Notes: generated by a model from the sequence alone, not told the origin. A stretch of DNA of 64,000 bases from Octopus vulgaris (GCA_951406725.2 OX597832.1:20398001-20462000), one strand, 5' to 3'. Positions 28,749 through 45,059 are shown, counted from the first letter of the stretch. A program made the numbers and translations.

Positions 28749-29062
28749 CTGAAAGATATAGAAAGAATAGAAATGATTCAGTTATATGGGGAATATTTCA
28801 TGCTTAAATCATATTTATATGCAGATAACAGATACAGTCATTGTGTGTAGATTTTTATGATATCATGATATATACGTTATTTCAAAAGGTTGGGTAGTAA
28901 TGGAATTGAGTGTTGCCAGATAAAACTAGCAAAAAGTCGTAGAGTAGCTGAAAAATTGTGAAAATTTAATAGATTAATGTTAAAAATAAAAACTTTTGCT
29001 GGGAAATTACACACACAAGCACATACACACGCAAACACAGACACATACACACACACATAGAA

Positions 29063-29099
<37 letters not shown>

Positions 29100-29438
29100 C
29101 ACGCAAATAGACACACACACATACACACACTTATATATATGTATATGTATGTATGTATCTATGTATCTCTCTCTCTCTCTAGATATATATATATATATAG
29201 ATATATACATATACATATATACATGTATATATATACATATTTGTATATGCATATACACATATATATATGTATATATATATATACACACATAAATATGTAT
29301 ATATATATACATATATACATGTATATATATGTATATGTATATATATGAGTGTATATGTATTTATGTGAATGTACATATGTATATGTAAGAAGGTATATAC
29401 AAAGCCGCAACTACTCAAAGACACATTACACACACACG

Positions 29439-29547
<109 letters not shown>

Positions 29548-29861
29548 GAGTGAGAAAGAGGGAAAGAATGACGTAGTTGAAGTGATATATCGAGTTATGC
29601 ATATATATACGGATGCATGCCCGCGCCCGCGTCAATTTCCCTTTTCCCTTTTCAGGCTTGTTTAAAAATTGCAACTCATGAAGCTATATGCACTTGAATC
29701 CTATTTTTTCCCTGAGTGCCAAATAAATTCTAAATATGAATTTCTTATTTTATCGAATTCTACTTCTCTTCTTTTACCTACAAGTATATATACGCATTGC
29801 TGCATGCGTGTTTACATTCTATGCATTCATACATACATATATAAATATATGTATGGTATAT

Positions 29862-30415
29862 AAACATGGTAAATGTTTTTATTTTTCATTCCCTTTGAAA
29901 TTGCTCTTAATTGTGGTTTGGACATTTTGACTGTTCCATCTAGTATTTAAGGTGACCTGTTAAGGGTCACTTCTTTTGTGTTTAAACGTACACTAATTCT
30001 TATTTGAAAAATATGTCTTTTGACTTTGTATTCTTGCTAGGCCACTGGTAGGAAAAAATTTCTGTAATTTTCCCTATACTAAATTAATTTTAAGAAATGA
30101 TTTTAGCAACTTCTGAAGATTAATCGGAATTTTTTATTTACTGCCGATTGAATCTGCGCTTGCACGGTGGATTTGAAAAATTATAATATACAAGGATGAG
30201 AACGTGTTATTTTGTCACTAATTTATATGTTAATGATTTGGCATATCCGCTGATGAGAACTTCGCCTTGCAATTTATTTTATTTGCTAATTAAAGTTCGA
30301 AATCTAAGGTCCGGCTGTCAAATATGGTAAATGCTTTTATTTTTCATTCCATTCGAAATTGCTCTTAACTGTGGTTTGGACTGTTTCATTGTTCCTTCTT
30401 GTATGTAAGGCGACC
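29862..30415 (+). mobile_element. Penelope/retrozyme-like element: 96-bp direct repeats (458-bp period) around a hammerhead
   Basis: R1 29862-29957 and R2 30320-30415 (ATGGTAAATG...TTGAAATTGCTCTTAA.TGTGGTTTGGAC-like...AAGG.GACC); hammerhead immediately before R2. Confidence 0.8.
30244..30317 (+). ncRNA. Type I hammerhead ribozyme with intact core
   Basis: Stem I TATCCG/CGGCTG (one mismatch), CTGATGA 30250-30256, stem II GAACTT/AAGTTC, GAAA 30299-30302, short stem III, GTC triplet 30309-30311. Confidence 0.85.
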
Positions 30416-30802
30416 ACGGCAATCATGTGTGGAATCGATGCATTTACTATGTATGTATAATTGTATATATGTAGACACACAGACATACTGAAGACAAAAT
30501 ATATTTACTGTATACCATGCGCATTAAAAAACTTGATTCCATTAAAACCATAATTCTCTCAACGTTGAGATTGAAAACTGCTGTGATTGAAAACTGGGGT
30601 TTGTAAGCAGTCAACATGTTTCGAACAAATCTGCACATTATTTTGCAGTATTTTCACTTCGAGCAACCGTTTTAGTTTTTGAGACACGTCTGCAGCCTAA
30701 AAAAGAAAAATTTGCCGTCGAGATATTTCACTCATTTATGAATTTAATTTTGATCCCTGGCCAGTGACTTTGCTGTTGCAGCATTCATTCTTGCATTCAG
30801 AT

Positions 30803-31048
30803 TATTCTTTTACTTGTTTCGGTCACTTGACTGTGGCCATGCTGGAAAACCGCCTTTAGTCGTGCAAATCGACCCCATGACTTATTCTTTGCAAGCCTAG
30901 TACTTATTCTATCGGTCGCTTTTGCCGAACCGCTAAGTTACGGGGATGTAAACACACCAGCTTTCTACTGTAGTCTCGTGCCAACCAAAGCCTTTTGTGT
31001 GGATTTGGTAACTGAAAACTAAAAGACGCCCGTCACACAATCACTCCC

Positions 31049-31088
<40 letters not shown>

Positions 31089-31288
31089 TTTTGTGTCTTT
31101 TGTGTTTCTCCCACAACCACCTCTTGACAACCGGGGTTGATGTGTTTATGTCCCCGTAATTTAGTGCTTCAGCAAAGAATCCCGATAGAATAATGCCGGA
31201 ATCGATTCGTTCGATAAAGATTTTTTAAGGTGCTGTCCCAATGTGACTTCTCACTAAAGACCAAAACAAGTAAAAACATAAAAAAAAG
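30803..31288. mobile_element. Two head-less SINE family B copies back to back (minus 30803-30961, plus 30962-31288)
   Basis: Family B 3' half in reverse, followed directly by a diverged forward copy. Confidence 0.82.
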
Positions 31289-31410
31289 ATGTTCTACTAA
31301 ATACCAATTCTATGATGTTTTATAAATAGGAAAACTTTAGACATGTTTTGCTATATTGTCAGCTGAAATATCAACGACTCATTTATACTTATTATTTTAC
31401 ACATTTTCAA

Positions 31411-31615
31411 GGCGCCGAACTGGCAGAATCGTTAGCAAGCCGGACGGAATGCTCAGCGGTTTTTCGCCCGTCGCTGCGTCCCGAGTTCCAATCCCACCGA
31501 AGTCGAATTTGCCCTTCATCGTTTTAGGGTCGATAAATTAAGTAAATGTGAAACACTGGGCGCTGGAATCGACCTAATTCCCTCCCAGAAGATGCCATTG
31601 TGGCAAAAATTTGAA
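31411..31615 (+). mobile_element. SINE family A, old-tail subfamily
   Basis: GGCGCCGAACTGGCAGAATCGTTAGC head; CCTTCATCGTTTTAGGGTCGATAAATTAAGTA body. Confidence 0.85.
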
Positions 31616-33186
31616 ATCCTTATTCAATAATTTTATTATTTCCAGCGTTCATATTTTCATCAGTTTTTTGTGATATCTCGACTTCACCAGGAAACACTTC
31701 TTTCACAACTGCTCCGTGAACAGCAGCTGATGTTCTTTTTTAGGAAACCAACACTACATGGTGTCTACAACTGATCATCTTTATTTAATATCCCACACGT
31801 TCTCATCCAAAGAGACGTCCACCACAGATAAAACTTTCACGCTATACATTCTTCTATTGCAGAAAACACTTTTACCAAACTATGCGCCATTATTATTTAC
31901 TGAACGCTTCTGAGACATACAGACTCATGCACGCGCGCGTATAACTTTTGCTCCAACTAATTTTTCATCTTCCTTACCTGTTATTATGATGAATATGAAC
32001 AAAAATGAAACGCCAATTGCGTATCATTCCTTTGCGAGATTAACACATGAGCTCTCATTTTGATATTGGGTGTCTTTTTGTCGCTCTTGAATTATCTCCT
32101 GGATTTTTAACCCCACTTGGGAAGATTGGAATCCCTGGATACTTGGGTACTGGATTTCTTAACGAGCCTTTTGTCAGTTTAATAAAGAACACTTTTTGAT
32201 CACATATTTTTCTAAATTCGCTTCACAAAGCCAGTAAATGACCGATAAATGAATGTGAAATTGTGACCCCCCTTCAAGCTAATAGATTCATTATTAACGC
32301 AGCTGTACGTCCATATTCTCTATTACGTAGTTTAACGATAGTATATACACCGAAAATACAAGCGACGTAATCGTTGAAAGTCGACTATCTATTGGGGTAC
32401 AGCGTTAGTTTATGCAATTTCAACAATAGTTAATATAAATTCATAAGCATTAATATTCAACTAATGCGATTAATATACATTGTACTACGCTTATGAAGAC
32501 TATGAGAAAGTGTTTCTTCGTTAGAACAACCGGCAAATAATTCCGAATCGTTCATCATAGTTACGTAGTAAAAGATTTTATCATTAACCAAGAAATCTTC
32601 ACCGATATTCTTCACTATTGTAACAATCACTACCATGCTATTTGCCTCGATCATGCATTTAGCACAGCAATTTTAACATCATTACCACTGCTATCTTGTA
32701 ACGAGAAAAACAAATTTTATAAGAGGAATGTAGAAAAAAAAAACTGGACACTATCATGGGATAACATTGTGTGCCATCGGGGTGTTATCATAATATATTA
32801 AATCCTATTGTCATCGTTGTCTTCATTAGCACACGACACTGTCATCATCATTGCCATCATCATCATCGTCGTCATCATCATCATCATCATCGCCGTTGTT
32901 GTTGTCGATGTGGCCTCTAAACATTAGTGTGATCACACCTACTAACAATGGCTGTATTAACTAAAGCAGTCACACACACAATCATACACGCACACAAAGA
33001 CACACATACACACTCATATATATATATATATATAAATATACATATATATTTATATGTGTGTGTGTACATATATATATATACATATATGCACCAATACATA
33101 AATATATATAAGTATGTATATATACTACTATATATAACAATAAACGTAGTCACATATAATATATATGTGCGCCTGTGTGTGTGTGC

Positions 33187-33217
<31 letters not shown>

Positions 33218-33871
33218 CGTGTGTGTGTGAGTGTGTATGTATGCATATACACACAAACACACACAATTGCGGTGTATGTATATATGTATATATCTATATG
33301 TATATGTATATATGTATATGTATATATACACACACTTACGCACACATACACATTCACACTCATACGCACATATATGTACGTACATACACCAACCCTCTCT
33401 TGTTCACATTCACTTCAGTCCACACATTTACACCGTCACTTCCGCAGCGAATTAGAAAATTATTATCACAAAACAAAATCGGTTTTAATACGACAAACAA
33501 AAAATTCATCAAGACAATGAAATTCACTGGATCTCGCTATATCGAACTGATACATACATACTCCAGTGCCAAACAAATGCACTCAATACATGTATACATG
33601 TATACATACATTAATATGTACATATATACATATATAATACATTTATGAGGGCGCGTCATTGAATGCGTGTATAGACATCAACATATATATACCCATATAT
33701 ATATATATATATATATATACATATGTGTGCATGTGAGTGTGTGTGGCCAGCTATATGAATATATCCGTATATATACGTAAGTATTTACGTATAAACATGT
33801 ATACGTATGTTTATAGATTTGGGTTTATATAAGCGAGTGTATGTATGTATGTATCTATTTATCTATCTATC

Positions 33872-34041
<170 letters not shown>

Positions 34042-34672
34042 CACTACAATCACAGACTTGTGCGTGTGTGTATATATATGTATGTATCTATATACACACA
34101 TGCACAGGTATTCACACACACATGAATTCACACACACACACACACACACAAATCCACACAGGTATTGTGTAACTGATTTCAGAATGCATCTGACTATTTA
34201 CATGTATAGATAGACATGTCAGGCAGTTATACAGAGTACGGAATGAGAAAGAATGAGTGACGATTCTTTCACAATGTGTGTGGATGTGATGCGGTTTGTT
34301 TTTGAACAAATTAGAGTCACCGACTCGCACAATTATATATACATAATCACACACACACACACACAAGCACACACACACACATACATACACACACATAGAC
34401 AGGCAGACATACGCACATACATTGTTACATATTTATATTTACATATATATAATAGTGTGTATATAACGCCATACAGCACAGGACATATATGCATATATAT
34501 ATGTATGTGTATAAGTGTGTATATATATATATATATATATATGTACATATATATATACGTATGAATGTATATATATATACTTACACATAGGGATATATGT
34601 ATATATACATATACATATATAATGTATATATAGATATAATGGTAGCTGTGCATAATACTGTATATATGTATG

Positions 34673-34733
<61 letters not shown>

Positions 34734-34847
34734 AGAGAGAGAGAGAGATTGATTCATTGATAGAGAGATGGATAGATAGAGAGACAGAGATAGATAGATA
34801 GACATCGGCATATATATCTATATGTATATATATCTCTATCGGAGTAT

Positions 34848-34922
<75 letters not shown>

Positions 34923-35561
34923 GCACTTATATATATACATACATGTTATATATATATACATACATACATATATACATATATATATACATACACACATACA
35001 TACACACACATACACACACACACATACACACATACTCACTCCCACTGGCGTGTCACTTTCCAGGTTAGAATTACGAGACAACGTTGAAGTCAACTGGATC
35101 TTTTGTCAATTTTAGGAAACCGAGCGAAAGATTTCATCTCCTCTCAAACCCTCACCTGCTCCACCAAGCTCTGTTGAAACAATGCGTGTTAATGAAGTTT
35201 AGAGACTACAAACCACCTTCATTGTTGGAAACTGGATATTGTGGATGATTATATGCATTTCTGAATAGCAGAATTTGATGATAACGAGAGAGGGTGGGAA
35301 AAAAATGTATAGAAAAGGGAAGGATTTGTACGAATGAGGTATTGCAAAGTATTAGATGAAGAGTGATATAGTGAAGGAGTACGAAAGGTATACAACTTTA
35401 GATCCCTCTCTCTCTGTCTCTCTTTGTTTCTCTCTCTATATATATCCATATATATGTGGGTGTATGTACATTTATATATCTGTAAACAAATATATATATA
35501 TATATACATTTATAAATACATATATATATATAAATATTAATACATTTATAGATATATATTC

Positions 35562-35612
<51 letters not shown>

Positions 35613-35736
35613 CATGTATGTATATCAATGTACATATGTATAACTATATCGCAGTCTATAATGAAATGTATGTAAATAAATATACATATATATGCATTTA
35701 CATATTTATATATATATATATATACATATATAAATG

Positions 35737-35788
<52 letters not shown>

Positions 35789-36250
35789 TTGATAGATATA
35801 TGTACATGTATAGATACGTATATATATATATGTGTGTGTTTGTGTGTGTGTGTATACATACATGAACAATGAGATGCAGTTACAAGTTATTTAAGAGATA
35901 TACTGACGATATTGTCTAAGGCTCTCTCGTAGAGGAGGTGCCACTGTGGATATTACAGTTGTGGCTGTGGTAATGGTGATTTTTGTGGTGATGATGGTGG
36001 TAGTGGTGGTGGTGGTGGGGGGTACTCTTAGGGGTTTGTTGTGACAGTGCTTGGTTTTTTTTTTTGGCTAGTGATAGGATTCCTAAATACGTACATCTTG
36101 CTGAGAAAGGTGATTGGATTTTGTGGAATGAGATTGTGACTGGAAATGAAACAATATATATGAATGGAATATTTAAGAACGTACGAAACAGACATACATA
36201 TGCATATAGCAGCTGTATATAGGCACGTGCTCATGCATGAATACTTACAA

Positions 36251-36608
<358 letters not shown>

Positions 36609-36647
36609 TCTCATTTTATTATAAAGCTGCAAAACAAAACATCCACA

Positions 36648-36691
36648 GAACTGCTACTCAGGGTTTCACGTTGCCGTTCGTCGGACAGTTC
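36648..36691 (-). ncRNA. Type I hammerhead ribozyme (U4-to-C variant) in a Penelope-like end next to (TA)n
   Basis: Minus: GAACTGT-CCGACGA-ACG GCAA CGT-GAAA-C CCTGA G-TA-GCAGTTC; 7-bp stem I, GNRA-capped stem II, GUA triplet. Confidence 0.8.
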
Positions 36692-37258
36692 ATTGGGTTT
36701 ATAAAAGAAAGCAAATTTACAGGAAACCAAAAGACAAATGATCACAATAAGCAGTCAGTTACCCTACCCTAGTCGTTACCACTCCCATTGTAGGATTCCT
36801 CACCATCCAGTTGACAGGCACAGCCGTAAGATGCATTATGAATATATAGCAATTGAAATAAATAGTAACTGAAATAAACATTAACTGTGTGAGGTGAGGG
36901 CTAAGGAGAAATGAATGTGTCTCCTCTGGTGTTTGCAAATGACCACTATACTGATACGTAACTGGACAAAATAAATTTACAATCTATAAATGTCTTTGAT
37001 TAACCAGTCACTCATCTGAAATCAATGTTACCATCTGGGGACTATGTGTGACTCAGTGATAATAAAAAAGACTGAAAGGAGGTCTGCAATTCAGCATTGA
37101 ACAGTTTTGATGTTGACTGAATTTTAGATTATATTTGTGCAAGTAATATAATTTTGTACTTACGTATATACAACTGTACATTCTATACATGAAATGTGTA
37201 ATTTAATAAGAATATATGTATTGAGAGGATGTGTATTATGCTTCCATGTATCTATCTA

Positions 37259-37304
<46 letters not shown>

Positions 37305-37306
<2 letters not shown>

Positions 37307-37385
37307 ACTGGGGTCGATTTGCTCGACAAAAGTGCGGTGCTCCAGCATGTCAGCAGTCAAATGACTGAAGCAAATAAAAGAATAT
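37305..37385 (+). mobile_element. SINE family B 3' fragment
   Basis: GGGGTCGATTTGCTCGAC...GCGGTGCTCCAGCATG...CAGTCAAATGACTGAA. Confidence 0.85.
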
Positions 37386-37804
37386 AAGAATAATGAAGAG
37401 TCTTAAAGGTTGTAATGATATAAAATGATATAAGGGTATAAGAATATAAAAATATGCCATATTTTTATATTTTTACTTTTATCATACCAAATATAATGAT
37501 ACACAGATTGTTGAATTCTTTGATTAAATGGAGCCGCCTGAAACGGTCGTGTTGCATTAATACCTTGTCATCCTTGTTACTTATTTGCTTTACATATATA
37601 CATATATATTTAGAGTGAGAGAGAGACAAAGAGAGGGGGCAGGCTCACAGACAAACAGACAGATAGAGAGGCAGACAGACAGGCAGACAGACAAAAACGC
37701 AAAGATTTTCCGACACAGAGAAAAAGAAAATTTCTGTTTATAAGAGGGAGTGTGTACAGCACGAGGAATATGAGGATGAGAAGTAATGATACATTAATAA
37801 TAAC

Positions 37805-38840
<1,036 letters not shown>

Positions 38841-38998
38841 GTAGCATCAGTATTAGTAGTAGTGGCAGCGGCAGTAGTGGTAGTAGAAATAGTTTATTCT
38901 AGTTCAGTATCTTCCCGCGGAACATCAAAAAGTGTAAATGAAATTTATATATCCATATACATACACATATTCACATATGCACACACACACACACAAAT

Positions 38999-39067
<69 letters not shown>

Positions 39068-39274
39068 CAGAGAGAGCGAGAGATAGACAGACAGACATAC
39101 AGAATGAGAGACAGAGAGAGACATGCATATATATACATATATGTTTGTATATATACACATACATATATACACATATATAAACATATATACACGTACATAC
39201 AAATATATCTGACTGTATCGCTGCAGCCAAATGACTGAAACAAATAAAAAGGATAAAAGCGAAAAAATTCATAC

Positions 39275-39311
<37 letters not shown>

Positions 39312-39546
39312 CACACACACACACGCACATGTACATACATACATACATACATACATACATACATACATACATACATACATACATGCAATGCGCACTGATG
39401 CTTCGGAAATCTTCGGAAAAGTCATTGTGACGATTGACAAAAAATTTGACCTATCTTTCTTAGAACATGAAAAAGGACGATATCTACAATCAACACGTGG
39501 GTTAAACCGTGCGTTATGTATATACATACACATACATGCATGCCTA

Positions 39547-39603
<57 letters not shown>

Positions 39604-39887
39604 GCACGTATGCATATATATATATACATATATATGAATAATACACTCGTACAAATGGTCTTGTTCAAAATAGTTTCCACAAAACTGTCCCCAATATTTG
39701 CATTCCACTCATAATGTGCGAGGGAGCTTCTCACAGCCCCCGCGACACGGAATGAACCATTTGCGATGATACTTTCTCAACCACACACATACACCTTTGT
39801 GGGGGGTTTTTTGTTGTTTTTTTGTGGGGTTTTTTTTTGCTCATTTCACATGAGATAAGGTGAACTCTATTCTGCTTACTTGCACAA

Positions 39888-40415
39888 GGCGGCGAGCTGG
39901 CAGAATCGTTAGCACACCGGGCAAAATGGTATTTCGCCTGCCGTTACGTTCTGAGGTCGACTTTCCCTTTCATCCATTCGAGGTCGATTGAATAAGTAGC
40001 AGTTACACACTGGGGTCGATATAATCGACTTAATCCCTTTGTCTGTCCTTGTTTGTCCCTTCTGTGTTTAGCCCCTTGTGGGTAGTAAACAAATAGGTAT
40101 TTCGTCTGCCGTTACGTTCTAAGTTCAAATTCCGCCGAGGTCGACTTTGCCTTTCATACTTTCGAGGTCGATTAAATAAGTACCAGTTACGCACTGGAGT
40201 CGATATAATCGACTTAATCCGTTTGTCTGTCCTCGTTTGTTCTCTCTGTGTTTAGCCCCTTGTGGATAGTAAAGAAATAGGTTTTTCTTCTGCCGGTACG
40301 TTCTAAGTTCAAATTCCGCCCAGGTCGAGTTTGCGTTTCATCCTTTCGGGATCGATAAATTAAGTACCACTTGCGTAGTGTGGTAGATCTAATCGACTGC
40401 CTTCTCCCCACAATT
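39888..40415 (+). mobile_element. SINE family A trimer
   Basis: One head; bodies restart at 39928, 40096 and 40280; first two end in the young tail, the third in a different old-type tail. Confidence 0.93.
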
Positions 40416-40784
40416 TATAGTTGCATCGTATTATTAACACAAATGTATGAAAATCACGGCTCTGTCACTAGTAATATGACATAGGGAGTCAGCAGAGTTG
40501 AGGTCAGAGTGTGTTTGAAGGCATGAAAACGCCTTTCTTTCGGATGTACTTTCCGATGATTTTTCTGCGTATTGCAGGCAGCGGATGGCGTCTCAGATTG
40601 GTGGATCTATATACCGTTCCGTATGTCACATTTACGTTGAAGAGATTACGAGCAAATGTCCCTGGATTACAGATTCGATTGTATTTTAGGAAAACAAAGA
40701 AAGAGAGAGTGTACGTCTATCAACTGGATGGTAACTTTCTCTCCGATGCGGTTTTCGATTTTTCTTTCTCTTTGTGTATATGTT

Positions 40785-40821
<37 letters not shown>

Positions 40822-41192
40822 GGGGGAGTGTGTGTAGCAAACAGTGGTTGCCGTCCCAGGTGTGAACAGATATGATTCATTGGCTATCTCGCTATAACTG
40901 TGCGAGACTTGGGAGGGACTTTTATAAGTGACAGATCGATTTCGAAGATGATTCAAAGAAAAACCTACGCTTTCAAGGATGAATCGTCTTTGCAATGTTT
41001 GATATAGCTGAGCTTAAGAATTAAAGTTAGAATCTGTTCCAAACGACTCCTCCAAGTTTTCGTACCTAACTGCTGAAAACATTTCAATGAAGCCGCTCCA
41101 ATTCCAGAATCTGTCAGACTGAACATTTAATTTCTTGCTTAGGAACCGAATGTCTCGAGCACACGGGCGCTCGATATGCATGTGTGGTCCGT

Positions 41193-41393
41193 CGCCATGA
41201 TAGATCGTTAGCCACTACACACATTTTTTCTCTCCTTGTTTCTCTCCTTGTTTTTTTTCTGTGTCCCTTTCTGTAGAAGAGCGTAGGCTCGAAACGTAAA
41301 AAACTTTTTTCTATTCCTGAGCGTTACACTAATACATCTCTTTGTTTTGTACACCACCTGTCTTCGTCTTTTGTTTTTTTCGTAAACTCTCCC
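41193..41393 (+). mobile_element. Family E Penelope-like repeat, second copy (shorter pieces at ~41825-41900 and ~44872-44925)
   Basis: Near-identical to 24646-24823, including the hammerhead-like motif. Confidence 0.7.
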
Positions 41394-41402
41394 TATATAT
41401 AT

Positions 41403-41802
41403 AGGCGCAGAAGTGGCTGTGCGGTCAGTAGCTTGCTAACCAACCACATGGTTCCGGGTTCAATCCCACTGCGTGGCGTCTTGGTCTAGTGTCTTCTGCT
41501 ATAGCCCCGGGCTGACCAATGCCTTGTGAGTGGATTTGGTAGACGGAAACTGAAAGAAGCTCGTCGTATATATGTATGTGTGTGTGTGTGTGTTTGTGTG
41601 TCTGTGTTTGTCCCCCTAGCATTGCTTGACAACCGATGCTGATGTGTTTACGTCCCCGTCACTTAGCGGTTCGGCAAAAGGGACCGATAGAATAAGTACT
41701 GGGCTTACAAAGAATAAGTCCCGGGGTCGATTTGCACGACTTAAGACGGTGCTCCAGCATGGCCGCAGTAAAATGGCTGAAACAAGTAAAAGAGTAAAAG
41801 AG
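41403..41802 (+). mobile_element. Full-length SINE family B
   Basis: A box TGGCTGTGCGG, B box GGTTCAATCCC, internal (TA)(TG)n, tail (GTAAAAGA)2. Confidence 0.95.
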
Positions 41803-42008
41803 AGAGGATATATATATGTATATACGAGCGGCAAACTAATACACCTGTTTGTTGTTCATACACCTGTCTTTGTGCATGGTTTTTCTGTAAATTCCAACTA
41901 TATATACATTACTTGGATAAGCAAAAGGGAAGAAGAGTCTATTAATTTTGTTTCAAGCTAAATTAATTTGCTTTTTATGCATATAATCTCTATTCCTATA
42001 CTGATTGT

Positions 42009-42255
42009 GTGGAGGAGCGTGCGTGGATTGGTGGATAGGGTGTTGGACCCACGAGAGTAAGATTATGGTTTCGATTCCTGAACCGGGCGATGCGGTATGT
42101 TCTTGCGTAAAACACTTCATTTCCGGTTCCTCAAGTCCACTCAGCTAGCCTAAATATGTAACCCTACGACGGACCGGCGTCCCATTCAGGTTGGGAATAC
42201 AAAAGCCACAGAAACCGGAAAATCGGCCCTACCAGTCTATATGGCTTAGGAAGAA
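42009..42255 (+). mobile_element. Diverged SINE family C-related copy
   Basis: B box GGTTTCGATTCC; CGACGGACCGGCGTCCCATTCAGG and GAAACCGGAAAATCGGCCCT match the reverse of 16958-17272. Confidence 0.8.
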
Positions 42256-42655
42256 ATTTAACATAATAACGATAAATTTTTCTTTATGTATTTTCCACTG
42301 TAATACCGTATAACACTATGACGATATGATGTACCACGGATTAAAGGGCAATATTCACTCTACATATTTTCAGTTACAACTTATTATTAATGTACTTATT
42401 ATTCTTGTGTATGGAAGATGTCTCCGATACGCTAAGGGACTCCGATACTGGTGAGTGTACTGTACCATGAGTTAAGGATAATTATATTTCTTTTGATGAA
42501 TTTAGAAAACTGCAGCGTTGTTGATTAAAATAGATACCAGAGCAAATACAGTTTAACGGTATATATGCATAAACGAGAGTTTGTTATGCGCCATACGGAA
42601 GGAATACATTCTACAACAACTGTTTGAATGTAGTTCTTCACAAGTTTATATATAC

Positions 42656-42730
<75 letters not shown>

Positions 42731-43067
42731 TCTAAAACTCACGTATACATGCTTCTCTCTCTCTATGCATGGGTACAAACACACACTCACACACAAACAC
42801 ACACACACACAAACACACACACAGGGATCTATGCATATGTGCATTTGTTGTGCGTCTGTATATATATATATGTTTGTGCGTGTGTGTCTGTTTGTGTGCA
42901 TTCATATATATATGTATATATGTGTGTTTGTGTAATATATATATATATATAATGTAAATGTTTACTTATTTATAAATCGGGGTGGTCATATTTTTATAAA
43001 TATTTACATTATCTCTCTCTCTTTTCTTTCTCCCTCACTCTCTCTCTCTTTCTCTGTATCTGTATAC

Positions 43068-43099
<32 letters not shown>

Positions 43100-43927
43100 T
43101 ACATAAATATGTATGAATACAGGTATTTATATACATATGTATATATGTGTCTGTGTGCATGTGTGAGTGTATATGTGTGTGTGTGTGTATCTGTCTTTTG
43201 GTATGTTAGTATGCACATTTTACGCATGTGTGGCTGCCACACAATTTTCATCTCCCACATATAACTCACAATGCATTCTTCACTGCCAGGCTATAGCCGT
43301 ATAAATCACTTGCTAAGCGAGATGTCGCAGAATGAAGTCAACCCCGGAAGCACGTGACTACAACTCGACGTGATTAACCACACGGCGATACCTGCGCGGT
43401 TCAACATCTATAGGTTGCCGTCTGCAGGAAAATCGCCGACGGGGCAGGAATTTCCATAGAATATTTATCATAAAAATTCGTCACTAAATATATGAAATAT
43501 ATAAATCTCGTGATCAATAGATTTACAAAAGAATAGAATACAGTGAAATATTAGATTTTGCAAAAATTCTTTAAATTTCACTTCTAATTTTGAATTTAAA
43601 AGTTAGTTGGCACTTCAAACAAAATCTATTTTGGGGTAAATATTCTCTAGCGGTTTGTTAGACTTGTTCTCTATTATTGATTAATAACTCCAAATGAATA
43701 TACAATGGAGCAGGAAAATCACAAGAACACATGAAGTAACGAAGATTTCAAGCCAAGTTTTTAATTTAAGAACGGATAACTGATTTAATTTCTTCCACCG
43801 TTTCCATCCTACAGTCCCTCTCTCTCACGTTATCTATCTAACTATCTATCTATCTCTTTACTCTCTCACACTCTCTCTCTCCCTCTCTCTATATATGTGT
43901 ATATATATATTCATATATCTTCATATT

Positions 43928-44002
<75 letters not shown>

Positions 44003-44118
44003 ATATATTTATATATATACATATATATACATATATACATATATAAATATATATATATATATGTATGTATATATGAATATATATATATATACATATACCC
44101 CTCTCGCTTCTCTCTTTA

Positions 44119-44173
<55 letters not shown>

Positions 44174-44360
44174 TAGTATAACATTAATGTGGAAAGCTGA
44201 GTACAATATATATGCTTGCAGAACATACAGTCACAATTAGAGACGGCTAAACTTATATATATATATATATATAATTATATATATAAATAAATATTTAAAT
44301 ATATACACATATAGAGAGACAGCGAGATAGAAAGATAGATACATAGATAGAGTTATATAT

Positions 44361-44404
<44 letters not shown>

Positions 44405-45010
44405 TATATTTCGAACTCTCCTTAAACACACAGGAATAAACGAAAATCAGCTGAGCTAATTAAAATTACGGTCGTCTGAGTGAACTGAGTCAGAAATCTT
44501 TATTTTCGCAAGAACTTTTCCTTCTGATGTACTTCACATTTAGCAATTAAAGTTTACATCAATACTTAACAAACTTTATTCAAACTTAGATTTAAAGTCA
44601 TTAGATCACATAGCTCTTTCTACAGCAGTAGGTTCTGATTGGAAATAAAGACATCTTCATTAAATATATTTCTGACAATCAGTTACTTGTATTGAAATGC
44701 TTTTGTCTCTTTAACATTTGCACAATTAATTTTTCGTAATAATTGCAGATGAGAAACAACTTTGAAAAGTTTCCACTCAAGTTTCAGATGCAGCGCTTCA
44801 TAGTCATGTACAGTGCTGTACATAAAGCTTCTTGGTCGGTGTGAAACCACACACACACACACACATATATACACACCTGTCTACACCACCTGTCTTCGTC
44901 TTTTGTTTTTTGTTGTGAATTCTCTCTTTATATATATATATGTGTGTGTGTGTGTGTGGGCGTGTGTGTATGCACACACATATGTTCATATACAAATATA
45001 TATATATATT

Positions 45011-45059
<49 letters not shown>

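Noticed and set aside
40511-40837. 108-aa plus ORF in unique sequence
   Set aside because: GTG start, no recognisable domain, and it runs into (TG)n/(GA)n repeats.
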